A DNA stretch of 64,000 nucleotides from Basidiobolus meristosporus CBS 931.73 (taxonomy: Eukaryota; Fungi; Basidiobolomycota): the NCBI GenBank assembly GCA_002104905.1, contig MCFE01000113.1, positions 62,001 through 126,000 of the forward strand, read 5' to 3'. The notes below the pieces were generated by a model. It was given only the letters and a program-made list of their open reading frames with translations. It made no database searches and was not told the origin of the DNA. The translations under genes and the position numbers were made by a program. Shown one piece after another: positions 50,573 to 61,410 of this stretch; position 1 is the first letter of the stretch; each line of letters opens with the position of its first letter.

Positions 50573-53234
50573 GCAAATAATGAAAGGTGATTCTACAGTG
50601 GAATATATGAATTGCACAAGGGGAGGTAGAAAAAGGAAATACTATTTGGTGAATTGGTATGGTAGCATTATACAGAACCAGCGGCAGGCCGTCATACTGC
50701 CCAGAAAAAGCCATCAGAGTCTTGCTGTGAGGCAATCAAAATACCGTCAAGTTTCTTGCCATATAAGGCAATTGGAAGTCCTGGCCAATTGGATTCACTT
50801 AAAATAGTAATAGAGTGCTGAAACACTGCAACAATACCAAGCAAATATTGTCACAGCACCAATCAAAAATTGTCAAGTTTTATCCCTTTATTTGGCTGTA
50901 AAATTTGCAAAACACTGTCATGATCTTGTTATAAGATTTTCAGGAGGGTCACTAATTCCAAGCTGCTGTTATTATGATGGTCTCTATACGGGATCTTGAC
51001 GGATGATCTGGATTGGATCCACCTGTGGGACCAAATTATTTTTCATAGGGAATTATTTTTGACTGCAATAGCAAATATCAATCTGATGGAATTAAATTTG
51101 GCTACCAGTGCAAAGGTCTCAGTATAGTGAAGTCCTTTTGTTTGAGAGTATCCTTTGGCTGCAAGTAATGCTTTGTATTTTTTGACTGTACCATCAGCCT
51201 GATACTTTGTCTTAAAGACCAATCTGCTTCCAATTAGTTCTTGGTTGGTTGATAATTTGACTAATTCCCAAGTTTGATTTTCCATTTGAGCCTGATATTC
51301 CTCAGTCATTGCAGATCTCCAAAACTTCATCTGAAGGCTATATAGGGCTAACTTCATTTGCTACCAAGTCAATCCAGTCCTTAAGAATTCCTGTCAACAC
51401 TTATATCCCTGAATCCAGTCCTGTCCTTGTCCTAGCCTTCATAAATTCTGGTGCTTCCTCCTATTGAACTGATCACTCCTTTGTCCAGAAGCTCAAAATC
51501 CCCACTATCCTGAAATCTGCCCTGTCCAAGTAGAAGTTATGGATGGATGATCCCTTTCCTCTGGTGCCGTTAGCCATGAGACATGTCTACTCCAGCTGAC
51601 CAGTACTGGTCACCATGAGACAATAGCATTCAACAACATCAATTCTTCCCACAACCCCACAGTCCTTAAAAGCTCATGGCTTAGTCACCATAACCCAGCT
51701 ATCAACTGGAAGACCAAAACCCTGACATACCCCAGAGTCAATCAGGTCAACTCTGTGAACGCACCTGACTTTTCAGGTGAAGAAGTATCTTTTCCCAAAC
51801 TACCCAGACCCAGGAGCCCATTATCACTGAAAGGACCCCCTGCAATGGAATACCTACTGAGTATCAAGAGCTTGCCCACATCTTTGATAAGAAGAAAGCA
51901 GTACATCTCCCAGTACATAGATCCTATGATTGTCCCATTAACTTGAAGATGGAAAAACCCCACCTTTTGGCTCTATCTACAACCTCTCACAACCTGAGTT
52001 GAAAGAACTCCATGGCTATATCCAATTAAACCTCCAGAAAGGTCTAATTCAGCCCTCTAGGTCCACAGCTGGTGCCCCAACCCTCTTTGACAAAAAAATG
52101 GGTACCCTAAGAGAGTGTGTAGACTACTGTGCACTGAATAAGATCACAAGCAAGAACAGGTACCCTTGCTCCTGATTAACACCCTGTGGATCTACTCTCT
52201 GCTGCCAATGTATTTACTAAAATTGACCTCAGAGGAGCTTATAACCTTGTCACAATCAAGCCTGGTGATGAGTGGAAAACTGCCTTGAGAACAAGATGGT
52301 CACTTTGAGTATAAAGTAATGCCATTTGGCCTCACCAATGCCCCAGCTGTCTTTCAACACCTTATGAATGACATATTTTGTCAGTACCTTGACCAATTTG
52401 TGGTCATCTACATTGATGATATCCTGATCTACTCCAAGACTCATGAAGAACAAAATTCCCATGTGAAGAAAGTCTTGACCAGGCTTGACACTGCTGGCCA
52501 CTATGCCAAATTGGAAAAATGTGAGTTTGACCAGAAAGAAGTTGAGTTCCTAGGTTATCTTATAAGCTTAAATGGAACAAGAATGGGCCCCAACAGAGTA
52601 GAAGCCCCACTGCTTGCCCACCCTGACCTTGAGAGACCTTTCAATATAGAAACCAATGCCTCTGACTTTGCCCTTGGTGCCATCCATTCACAGTATGATG
52701 ACAAGAATATGCCACACCCTGCTGCATCCTACTCTCAAGAATTTACTCCAGCTGAAGTAAACTATGATATCTATGACAAGTAACTACTTGCAATCATTGT
52801 GGCCTCTGAACAATGGAGACACTACCTTGATGGTGCAGCCCAAATGATAAAGTTTCTTGGTGACCACAAGAACCTTGAGTACTTTACCACCTCAAAAGTA
52901 CTGAACTGGAGACAAGCCAGATGGTGGCTTTTCCTGTCTAGCTTTGACTTTTTCATCATCTATAGACCAGCTGTGAAACAAGGAAAACCTGATGCCCTGT
53001 CCAGAAAGGTGGGGTATTCCCTTGAAGAAGGGGATGATGCCTTTTGGCAAATGAAAAACTCTGTGCCCAACAAAGGACATTTTGAACTCCTTGCAACCCA
53101 TTCCTCCAATATTATAGCTCCTTTACTCCTTAAGAAAGTCAAGACCAGCCAAGCCACCAACTCCACAGTGTCAATAATCCAAAATATCTCAAGTCTCCCA
53201 CTGACCATCACCCAAGCTCCCAAGCCTCCAGCAC

Positions 53235-53533
53235 CCCTAAGAAAAAAAATAAAGAAAAGGCCAGCAAAATGCCATCATAATATCAGCTGAATTCCAAGTT
53301 TGTCAAAATTGACAACTCTCAGTATCTCTGTTGTTAGCTGATGGGCAGGCAAGCAAACAAGTTCCCCAGGTGGAGACTAGGCCAACTAGCATCCATGCCA
53401 AATATGGTAATTAGCTGCATGTTACTTCTATCAAAAATTGCATTTAATATTTTGAACCAAAAACACCAGCTGAATGCCAGCAGAATACCAGCTGAAAATC
53501 AGATGAATACCAAGTTTGAGATTTTTCATAGGG
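53235..53533. mobile_element. 299-bp non-autonomous CMC-type MITE
   Basis: CCCTAAGAAAAA...ATTTTTCATAGGG; flanks CAC/CTC; interrupts gypsy between RNase H and integrase. Confidence 0.75.
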
Positions 53534-54775
53534 CTCCTATATCTAGTCAATGACATCATCCATCACCAGCACCAACTGCTTGTCCCAGACCTTGATACCC
53601 AGTTGGATATCATCCATTCTTGCCATGATTTAGTGGCTGCAGGACATTTTGGTACAGCCAAAACTATGAATGCAATCAAAAGAGACTTCTGGTGGCTCAT
53701 GATTATATCCCTTGTCAAGGAGTACCTCCAATCTGTGATACATATAATTGTGCAAAATCTGCCAGGCACCTGCCTTATAGACTTCTTTAACCCTTGCCAA
53801 TTCCTGACCAGCATTGGAAGTCAATTTCAATGGACTTCATAACCAACCTCCCAGAATCCAATCAATTTAATTCAGTCCTGGTTGCGGCAGATAGACTCAC
53901 AACAATGTCTCACTTCATTCCCTGCTCCAAGAATATAGACGCTAAGGTGACTGCCCACCTAGTAATTAAGAACATTTTCCAGCTCCATAGTATCCCAAGT
54001 GACATCGCATCTGATAGAGGACCCCAGTTCATATCAGAATTCTGGAAATACTTCATGCAATATCTTGGTGTGCAAGTCATGCTCTTAGCTGCTTTTCATC
54101 CTCAGTTAGATGGTCAGACAGAGAGAATTAATCAGATCCTTGAGCAATTCCTCCAGTGCCAAATCAACTATCAGCAAGACAACAGGAGCCAGCTATTACC
54201 ACTTGCAGAATTTGCCTACAACACCTTATGTCATAGTGCAACTGGTCTCACCCCATTCTATGCAAATTATGGTTTTCACCTGCAACTTGATATTCAGATC
54301 CCACAGACCCTATGAGCTCCCCAGCAGCTGAGCATGTATCAACAATTCTAGAAATTCAAGAAACACTCAAAAAAGAACTATCCTTAGCCCATAAGCAGTA
54401 CAGCAAATTTGTAGACAACAACCAGCAGCCTATACCCAAGCTTAATGAAGGAGATTCAGTATAGCTCTTGAGAAGAAACATTGTTAACAGCCACCCTTGT
54501 GAAAAATCATACTACAAGAAGCAAGGACCATTCAAGATCAAGAAGTAACTTAGTCCAATTGTATACCAACTACAGTTGCCACTAAGTGTGAAAATTTATG
54601 GCACATTCCATGTATCTCCCCTGGAACCATTCCATGAAAGTACTCTACCCAGCTGGCACCCAGCAAGTCCCCCAGCCATCCAAGTAGACAAACACCAAGA
54701 GTTTGAAGTTCAGCAAGTACTGGATTCAAAGTACATCAGATCCCAACTTCACTATCTGGTAGAGTGGGTTGATTA

Positions 54776-55123
54776 TGTTGTAAGAGTCTTGGAGATATTG
54801 GAAGTGATTGGGAGAACAAGTTGATTATGTGGTTTTCACTTAATGATTTATTGAGTGTAAAAGTAGTATTTATACTTTTACATGGTCTTGGCATCACAAA
54901 CACGTAGAATGGGTTAAGGAAGATCCCAAAAACATGTGTGCACAGTTTGGGGCTGTTTGGACAACCTTGAGAATTTTCATGTTCTGGGTACCTGGTATTT
55001 TGGTGAAAATATTCTAAGTAAATCCCAACAAGGAATTTGGTCAATATTCTCTAGGATTTGAAGGTGATGATCTAAGTGACTAAGTTAGGTGAGTATTTAG
55101 GTGAAATACAAATTTTTACAACA
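54776..55123 (-). repeat. 3' LTR of the complete copia A (348 bp)
   Basis: About 95% identical to the 5' LTR (manual count: 16 substitutions, 1 indel). Confidence 0.95.
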
Positions 55124-55134
55124 CTCCCACTCAG

Positions 55135-56202
55135 CTAAATGTTCATACTGACTAGTCCTAATTTTGACCTAAGATATTCAAACTTGTCTCTAGCTAATGG
55201 TTTGGTAAATACGTCTGCAATCATTTCATCTGTAGGACAGTAAACTAAGCTAACTAAGTTATTCTCTATAGCTTCATGTATGAAATGATGTCTAATATCT
55301 GTGTGCTTGGTTCTAGCATGAAAAGTTGGATTTCTACCTAATTGTATACATCCTTGATTATCTTGAAATAAAGTAATAGGCGTTTTTTGACATAGGCCTA
55401 AATCTGTAAAAAGCTTTCTTAGCCACATTGCTTCTTTTGTAGCTTCACAGGCTGACATGCACTTTGCCTCTGTGGTAGAAAGTGCTACAGTTGGTTGCTC
55501 TCTTGAATTTCATGAAATTGCTCCTTTACAGTAAAGAAAGGTGTATCCCGTGGTGGATCTTCTGTCTTCCAAATTTTGTCCCCAATCAGCATCAGAGTAT
55601 CCCACAAGATTCTGTTCTGAGTCCTTATAAGTGTATCTTAAGCAGATATCAGCAGTTCCTTTTAGGTATCTAAAAATCCGCTTAACTGCTGTTATATGAT
55701 CAGATCCTTAGTTCTGATTATGTTGGCTGACAACTCCCACTGAATATGAGATATCTGGACGTGTTCCAAGCATGATATACATCAGGCTGCTGATCATAGA
55801 TTGATAAGGAACGTCAGGGCTTTCAGATGGCACCAAGCTCTCTAGATTTGGTTGAGTTTTGACCAAGTTAAGGTTTGTCTCCATTAGGGTAGCTGCCGGT
55901 TTACAGTCTTCCATTTGGTGCTTCTTTAGTATATCTTGAATATACTTGGATTGACTTAGGGTGATAATCTGGGTACTTCTGTCTCTGGAGAAGTTAATCC
56001 CCAAGTGGTAACTAAGTTCTCCTGGATTGGACATCTTGAACTCCTTAGATAGGCTGGATTTAGTCTCTTCCAATGTTTCTAGGTTATTGGCGGCTACAAT
56101 AAGATCATCCACATATAGAGCTAATAGAACTGGATTTGTTCTATCTGGCTTATAGTATATACTATAGTCAGCATTACTTCTTTTGAAACTCAAAGATTCC
56201 AA
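55135..56202 (-). pseudogene. pol: copia A RT C-terminal half and RNase H (small lesions)
   Basis: ORFs 55708-56202 and 55135-55458; LYVDDLIV, RTKHTDIRHHF. Confidence 0.9.
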
Positions 56203-56214
56203 ATAAGAATCTAT

Positions 56215-58158
56215 CTAGCAATTCCAGGCACTTGGTGATTGTTTGAGACCATATAGTGACTTTTTAAGCTTGCAGACCAAATGGGGGTTATCTTGGTCAA
56301 CAAACCCATCAGGCTGGTCCATATACACGTCCTCATCAAGTCCTCCATTCAAAAATGCAGTTTTTACATCCATTTGATGAATAAAAAACTTATATTTGGC
56401 TGCAATAGCCAATAATAATCTGATGGAATTAAACTTAGCTACCGGTGCAAAGGTCTCAGTATAGTCAAGTCCTTTTGTTTGAGAGTATCCTTTGGCTACA
56501 AGTCTTGCTTTGTATCTTTCAATTGTACCATCAGCCTTGTATTTTGTCTTGAAGACCCTTCTGCATCCAATTGATTTTTGGTTGATTGGTAATTTGACTA
56601 AGTCCCAAGTTTGATTTTCCATCAGTGTCTGATATTCCTCAGTCATTGCAGATCTCCAAAACTTTGTCTGAGGGCTATTTAGGGCCTCTTTTACAGTCTG
56701 GGGCTCATCAATATGGACTGAATAGGCATAGGCTAAGTTTGTACCCTCATTGATATAGTAATTTGGGCTATTTCTTGTCCGATTGGATCTCCAGGCATTG
56801 GATACTGGAATGATCACTTCTGGGATATTCCTGGGCACTGATTCTGGCTGAACCATGGTTTTAGAGTCCTCTGGAGTGAAAAAATTTTCATTGTTTTGCT
56901 CTGATTCAATCCTGACAATTGGTGGACTTGAGATCAAATTTTTGTGACCATCTGATGTCATTTTTTGTGAAAATTTTGAATTTTCATCAAACAACAGATC
57001 CCTGGACTTGATCAGCTTCTTTGCTTTGGTATTGTAGAGTCTGTATGCCTTACTCTCATTGCAGTAGCCCAAAAATATGCATTTTACACTTTTTGGTTCA
57101 AATTTTGACTGATTTCCGGCCAATTTTTTGGCATATGCTGTACACCCAAATATTCTTAGATGTTGTGCACTTGGTCTGTATCCATGCCATGCTTCAAATG
57201 GAGTAGAATCACAAAGTATTCTGTTATAACTCCTATTTTTAAGATATACAGCAGTGGCAACTGATTCCGCCCAAAAATCATAGGATAATTTTTGATCATG
57301 GATCATAGATCTTGCCATATCAATTATTGATCTGTTAGCTTGTTCTGCTACTCCATTTTGCTGTGGGGAGTATGGTACAGTAGTCTCTTGCTTTATCCCA
57401 TGAATTTTGCAGAAGTGGATGAAGAGTTTTGAGGTATATTCTCCACCATTGTCAGAGCGTATTTTCTTGATTTTTTCACCAGTTTCTCTCCCCACCATGG
57501 CTTTAAACTCCCTGAACTTAGACAGAGCTTCTTCCTTTCTTTTCATGATGTAGACCCATGTGTATCTTGTATAATCATCAATAAAAGTGATTAAATACCT
57601 CATCCTGCCTAAGGATAAATTTTGCATAGGTCCACACAGATCTGAGTGAATTAGATCTAATTTTTTCTTAGTTTTGATTAACCCAGAGCTCTTGAACACT
57701 TGTCTGGCTTGTTTCCCACATATGCAGGCTTCACAGTGCTCCAAATTAGCTGGGGGATCAATTTTCACTCCAGAAATTAGCTGATCTTTGATCATTTTAC
57801 GCAAATAATCAAAATTGATGTGTCCAAATCTCCTGTGCCAAAGCATTGGTGTTTCTTCATTCAAGTTACCTATATTGGCTTCCAAATATGATGGAATATA
57901 AGTCAACTTGTATAGATTCTGATCTCTGATGCCCAAAGCAATATGGGCACCATTTTGATCAGTGATCCTGCATCCAGAATTGTCAAAACTGAAACTGAGT
58001 CCTTCTGCTGTGGCCTTGCTTACAGAGAGTAGGTTCTTGGCTATTTCTGGTACATAGAGTACTTCTTTAAAGGTCAGTGTATGGCTTCCTTCACTGCTTC
58101 TAAGGTTTACTTGAATAGTTCCTTCTCCCACTGCATCAAGTGTTCTATTGTCACCCAT
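56215..58158 (-). CDS. pol: copia A pol, 647-codon open frame: protease C terminus, GAG-pre-integrase, integrase core, RT N-terminal half
   Basis: LWHRRFGHIN...CEACICGKQ; IHSDLCGPM; RSDNGGEY; PQQNGVAE; YKARLVAKGYSQ; HQMDVKTAFLNG. Confidence 0.92.
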   Translation of the reverse strand: MGDNRTLDAVGEGTIQVNLRSSEGSHTLTFKEVLYVPEIAKNLLSVSKATAEGLSFSFDNSGCRITDQNGAHIALGIRDQNLYKLTYIPSYLEANIGNLNEETPMLWHRRFGHINFDYLRKMIKDQLISGVKIDPPANLEHCEACICGKQARQVFKSSGLIKTKKKLDLIHSDLCGPMQNLSLGRMRYLITFIDDYTRYTWVYIMKRKEEALSKFREFKAMVGRETGEKIKKIRSDNGGEYTSKLFIHFCKIHGIKQETTVPYSPQQNGVAEQANRSIIDMARSMIHDQKLSYDFWAESVATAVYLKNRSYNRILCDSTPFEAWHGYRPSAQHLRIFGCTAYAKKLAGNQSKFEPKSVKCIFLGYCNESKAYRLYNTKAKKLIKSRDLLFDENSKFSQKMTSDGHKNLISSPPIVRIESEQNNENFFTPEDSKTMVQPESVPRNIPEVIIPVSNAWRSNRTRNSPNYYINEGTNLAYAYSVHIDEPQTVKEALNSPQTKFWRSAMTEEYQTLMENQTWDLVKLPINQKSIGCRRVFKTKYKADGTIERYKARLVAKGYSQTKGLDYTETFAPVAKFNSIRLLLAIAAKYKFFIHQMDVKTAFLNGGLDEDVYMDQPDGFVDQDNPHLVCKLKKSLYGLKQSPSAWNC

Positions 58159-58159
58159 G

Positions 58160-59104
58160 AAAACCTTCTTAATTGGAATTTCTTGATATTGCGTAAAAGT
58201 TCTTTTTGGTGTGTAAAGTGTTGAGAAGCTCCAGAGTCAATATACCATGTCTGAGAATCCTTGTTTGTGGTCATATTTAGTGCAGATATGAATAGTCTAT
58301 CTTCAATTGTTGCAGCATTTCAATATTCAGGCTTCTTTTGCTGATTATCTTTCTTTTTGAGACACCGGTCTGATGTGTGTCCTTTCCTTTTGCAGTAGTT
58401 ACAAACCAGGTTGCTGTTGTCTTTGTAGGGTCTTGGGTACCTCCTTTGTTGGTTATCACTGCTTATTAAAGCATTTTCTTCTTCCTTCTTATTGGCGCTT
58501 GTTTTTCTTAATTCTTCATCCAGGAGCCTTCCATATACGTAATTTAAGGTCAAATCTTCAGTTCTGGACTCTAGGGCTGATACAAGGCCCTGAAACTTGT
58601 CTGTCAGGCTATTCAGGATGGTAACTATCACATCCTCATCAGTAATTGGTACGCCCACAGATTCCATCTCATCTACCAGCAGGGTAATTCTGTTAATTAG
58701 ATTTTCATTTCTTCTCCTGGCAGCATCTTTGTAGTAAAGAATTTTTGTCTCAGATACATCTTCTTGGCAGCTGAACATGACTGGTAGGTGTCTTCTAATG
58801 CTTTCCAGGCCTTCTTTGCTGTTTTTGCTCTTGAGCATTGAATTAGCAACTTGTCCTTGATATTAAGGCAAATGCAGTTAAAGGCACTTTGTTCTTACTT
58901 CTGGTACTTTAAGGCTTCCTCTCCCACGTTTTTAGGAGGGCATTCTTCTCCCATGACAATATCCCAAAGGCCTCTTTCTTGTAGCAGCATCTTCATCTTC
59001 ACCTTCCACACTTGATAGTTAGATCCATCCAACTTTTCAGCAGAGGGAAAAATTCCAATAATAGCAGTAGTAGACATTGCAGAGAGTGACAGCTTGGGGC
59101 TCAT
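58160..59104 (-). pseudogene. gag: copia A gag and protease start (one stop, one frameshift)
   Basis: MSPKLSL...KLDGSNYQVWKVKMKMLL; zinc knuckle CNYCKRKGHTSDRC; ATG 59102-59104 lies inside the PBS. Confidence 0.88.
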
Positions 59105-59108
59105 AACC
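59097..59108 (-). other. Primer-binding site complementary to the anticodon stem-loop of initiator tRNA-Met
   Basis: GGTTATGAGCCC directly after the LTR; reverse complement of GGGCUCAUAACC; same at 22792, variants at 29260 and 14981. Confidence 0.85.
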
Positions 59109-59457
59109 TGTTGTAAGAGTCTTGGAGATATTGGAAGTGATTGGGAGAACAAGTAGATTGTGTGGTTTTCACTTAATGATTTATTGAATGTAAAAGTAGT
59201 ATTTATACTTTTACATGGTATTGGCATTACAAACATGTAGAATAGGTTAAGGAAGGTCCCAAGAACATGTGTGCAAAGTTTGGGGCTGTTTGGACAACTT
59301 TGAGAATTTTCATGTTCTGGGTATCTGGTATTTTGGTGAAAATACTCTAAGTAAATCCCAACTAGGAATTTGGTCAATATTCTCTAGGATTTGAAGGTGA
59401 TAATCTAAGTGACTAAGTTAGGTGAATATTTAGGTGGAAATACAAATTTTTACAACA
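59109..59457 (-). repeat. 5' LTR of the complete copia A (349 bp)
   Basis: Ends in TTACAACA before the PBS; outer flank GATTA. Confidence 0.95.
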
Positions 59458-59579
59458 GATTACAGCCCATATGATCAAACTGGGGAACTAGCAGCAAACC
59501 TCACACACTACCAAGATCTAATTGCACTATTTTCATATCTCCAGAACTCTTATTCTGTACCTATATGATGATGATATAA

Positions 59580-59700
59580 TATGCCCTACAAAGCTATTGC
59601 CAAAGATCAGCACAACATCTGCATAATACAAGTGGATATTCCATATTCCTCAAGGTTACACCATTGGTTGATGGAAGTTTTACCGTCTTGAGAACAAGTA
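59580..59700 (-). pseudogene. Possible very old RT remnant
   Basis: NFHQPMV*P*GIWNIHLYYADVVLIFGNSFVGH loosely resembles TFQRxM...VYxDDILIFS.S.EEH. Confidence 0.3.
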
Positions 59701-61410
59701 GATACATGTCACAGAACTTGTTGTGTCTAAGCTGAGCTCATACCAAGTATAGTAATAGTCAACTCACTGTCTTTTAGGATATCCCAACCACAAATGTGGG
59801 CAGGAAAAATGTTCAACTATGATCTAAGTGACTAATTTTGTGTGAATACAAAATTGGCACTGGATAATCATAGGTGGAATCTTGAAGGCTGGTTAGGGTT
59901 TAATTGGTTCAGGAAACAAGTTGGAATATAGATATTATTCATGGTTTTGCTATACATGCCAGAGTAGTATCTTGATGCTGGATGTTACTGCCCAACTGAA
60001 AGTATGGTAATGGCAGTCCAAACCAAACCTGCAACCAAAGAGCACATTTGCAAAATTGGAGAACAATTCGAGGTTTGCATATGTGAAAGATTAGTGCAGT
60101 GGGGGTATTGAAGCAGTCGGTCAAGCCCTATTTGACTCTGTCATAGCCCTTAATCCTGGTTATCACGCAGGATTTGAGGCTTCTTGTAACTTCCCTCTAT
60201 GTTAATTACCAACTTCTTCTAGGGAAGATTGGAGTGCGAATGACAGGCGTTTGAATATCTGACCGGACAAGCACCAGAACTCCCTGGATGGCTACTCACA
60301 AATCCGGGTCAAAAACACCATGCACACTACCACAAGAGCCATTGTCAACACAGTGTAATGGGGCCTTCTGCGATATTCCGATTCCTGAATGACCTCAAGC
60401 AAATGCATCTCCAATGGTATGCACCTATCTCACCACCAGTCGGCTGACCAGGTGGTGGCGGGGACTTGATTTGCACGTGACGTGACCCAAGTCAGAAACC
60501 ACTGATGCCATGGTGCACCACAATATCGTCCAAATGGTAAATCCGCCAACCCGAAGCACCTTGAAACCCCTGGGGCTTTTTCAAGGCCAAGACCGGCCGA
60601 TGCTACCCTAAAGTTTGTGATAGCCGATGAGATGAAGAGTCACTCCACTTGAACGCGACCGCCCCCGTGCCCGAAGGTAACCAGTGGATGAACAACTGAT
60701 TTGGGCATGAGCAGCATCCAACAACATGCTTCCCGATGGCCGGTGATCCCCTTCAGCACCTGGGTAGTCATTGGACCCACTTTAATGTACGGGCTGAAAC
60801 CGAGTGCACGCTTGTTAGGTGCCAGTTGCTTGGAAACCAATGATGCAATTTAAAATCAACCCCCAATCACACCCCCGACCAACCGTTTTACCCGCGGTTT
60901 CAGTTGCTCACGAGACACGGTGTCTCAAAGCTCACCTCAAGCTCCGGACCAGACCGGCCCCAGTAAGAAGGATTTGGAGGTGGTGGCTATTCTTTGGGGA
61001 GCAGATCAAGCACGAGGAGATGGGAGCACCACTTGCGAGGCATTTCCGGCCAAACCCCACCACGATCACCCACTGGAAACATATCAACCAAAACCAGCGA
61101 ACATACAATTTATTGGATGCATTCTCGTGGGTGCGCTGCGAATTGTCAAGGTATTCTGTGGAGTATCTAGGGGAAGCGGGTCGCCTTTCAGGATGGAATG
61201 ATCCCTCCGGTCCCTGAGGATGTACACTGTCCTGTGGAGTGGGTCGATGGAGGCATATGCACCGTCATCAGCTGGGCGCTATCCCCCGGATACCCTACCT
61301 GACGACTTGGCAACTGGATGAAAAGCACGGCTGGGCCTTACCCACTCCTGCAGACATCGAAGGTATTGGAGCGTCCACCCAAGTGGATGCTGGACTTCGG
61401 TGGGAGTCAC

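Larger units (their letters stand above)
44814..51050 (+). mobile_element. CMC/EnSpm DNA transposon copy C (6237 bp including MITE 3)
   Basis: CCCTATAAAAAATTATTGAG...AATTATTTTTCATAGGG; flanks TAT/AAT (one mismatch) in copia RT. Confidence 0.92.
35487..51348 (-). mobile_element. copia A copy (3' LTR 35487-35834, RNase H, RT) fragmented by three CMC insertions
   Basis: Pieces 35835-36072, 38088-38639, 44561-44813 and 51051-51348 follow in order the intact pol at about 55135-56690. Confidence 0.85.
54776..59457 (-). mobile_element. Complete Ty1/copia family A element (4682 bp)
   Basis: Perfect 5-bp TSD GATTA (54771-54775, 59458-59462); LTRs 54776-55123 and 59109-59457 with TGTTGTAA/TTACAACA ends; PBS 59097-59108; PPT 55124-55135. 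Confidence 0.97.
51350..59562 (+). mobile_element. pol: Ty3/gypsy element 2 (chromovirus-type pol remnant), split by a CMC MITE and the complete copia
   Basis: Protease INSGAS near 51440; RT MPFGLTNAPAVFQ, VVIYIDDILIYS; RNase H TNASDFALGA; integrase SISMDFITNLP, SDRGPQFIS, FHPQLDGQTER; chromodomain HYLVEWVDY (to 54775) continues SPYDQTGELAANL after 59462. Confidence 0.88.

Noticed and set aside
58895-59377. 160-aa ORF, and similar ORFs in other copia A LTRs (22586, 27640, 29004, 54736)
   Set aside because: The frame runs through AT-rich LTR sequence into gag and is broken differently in each LTR copy, so there is no sign of a conserved LTR protein
60431-60486. Short CACCACC/GGTGGTG hairpin and CACGTGACGTGAC (E-box/CRE-like) motif
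   Set aside because: Too short to distinguish from chance, and no gene start could be linked to it
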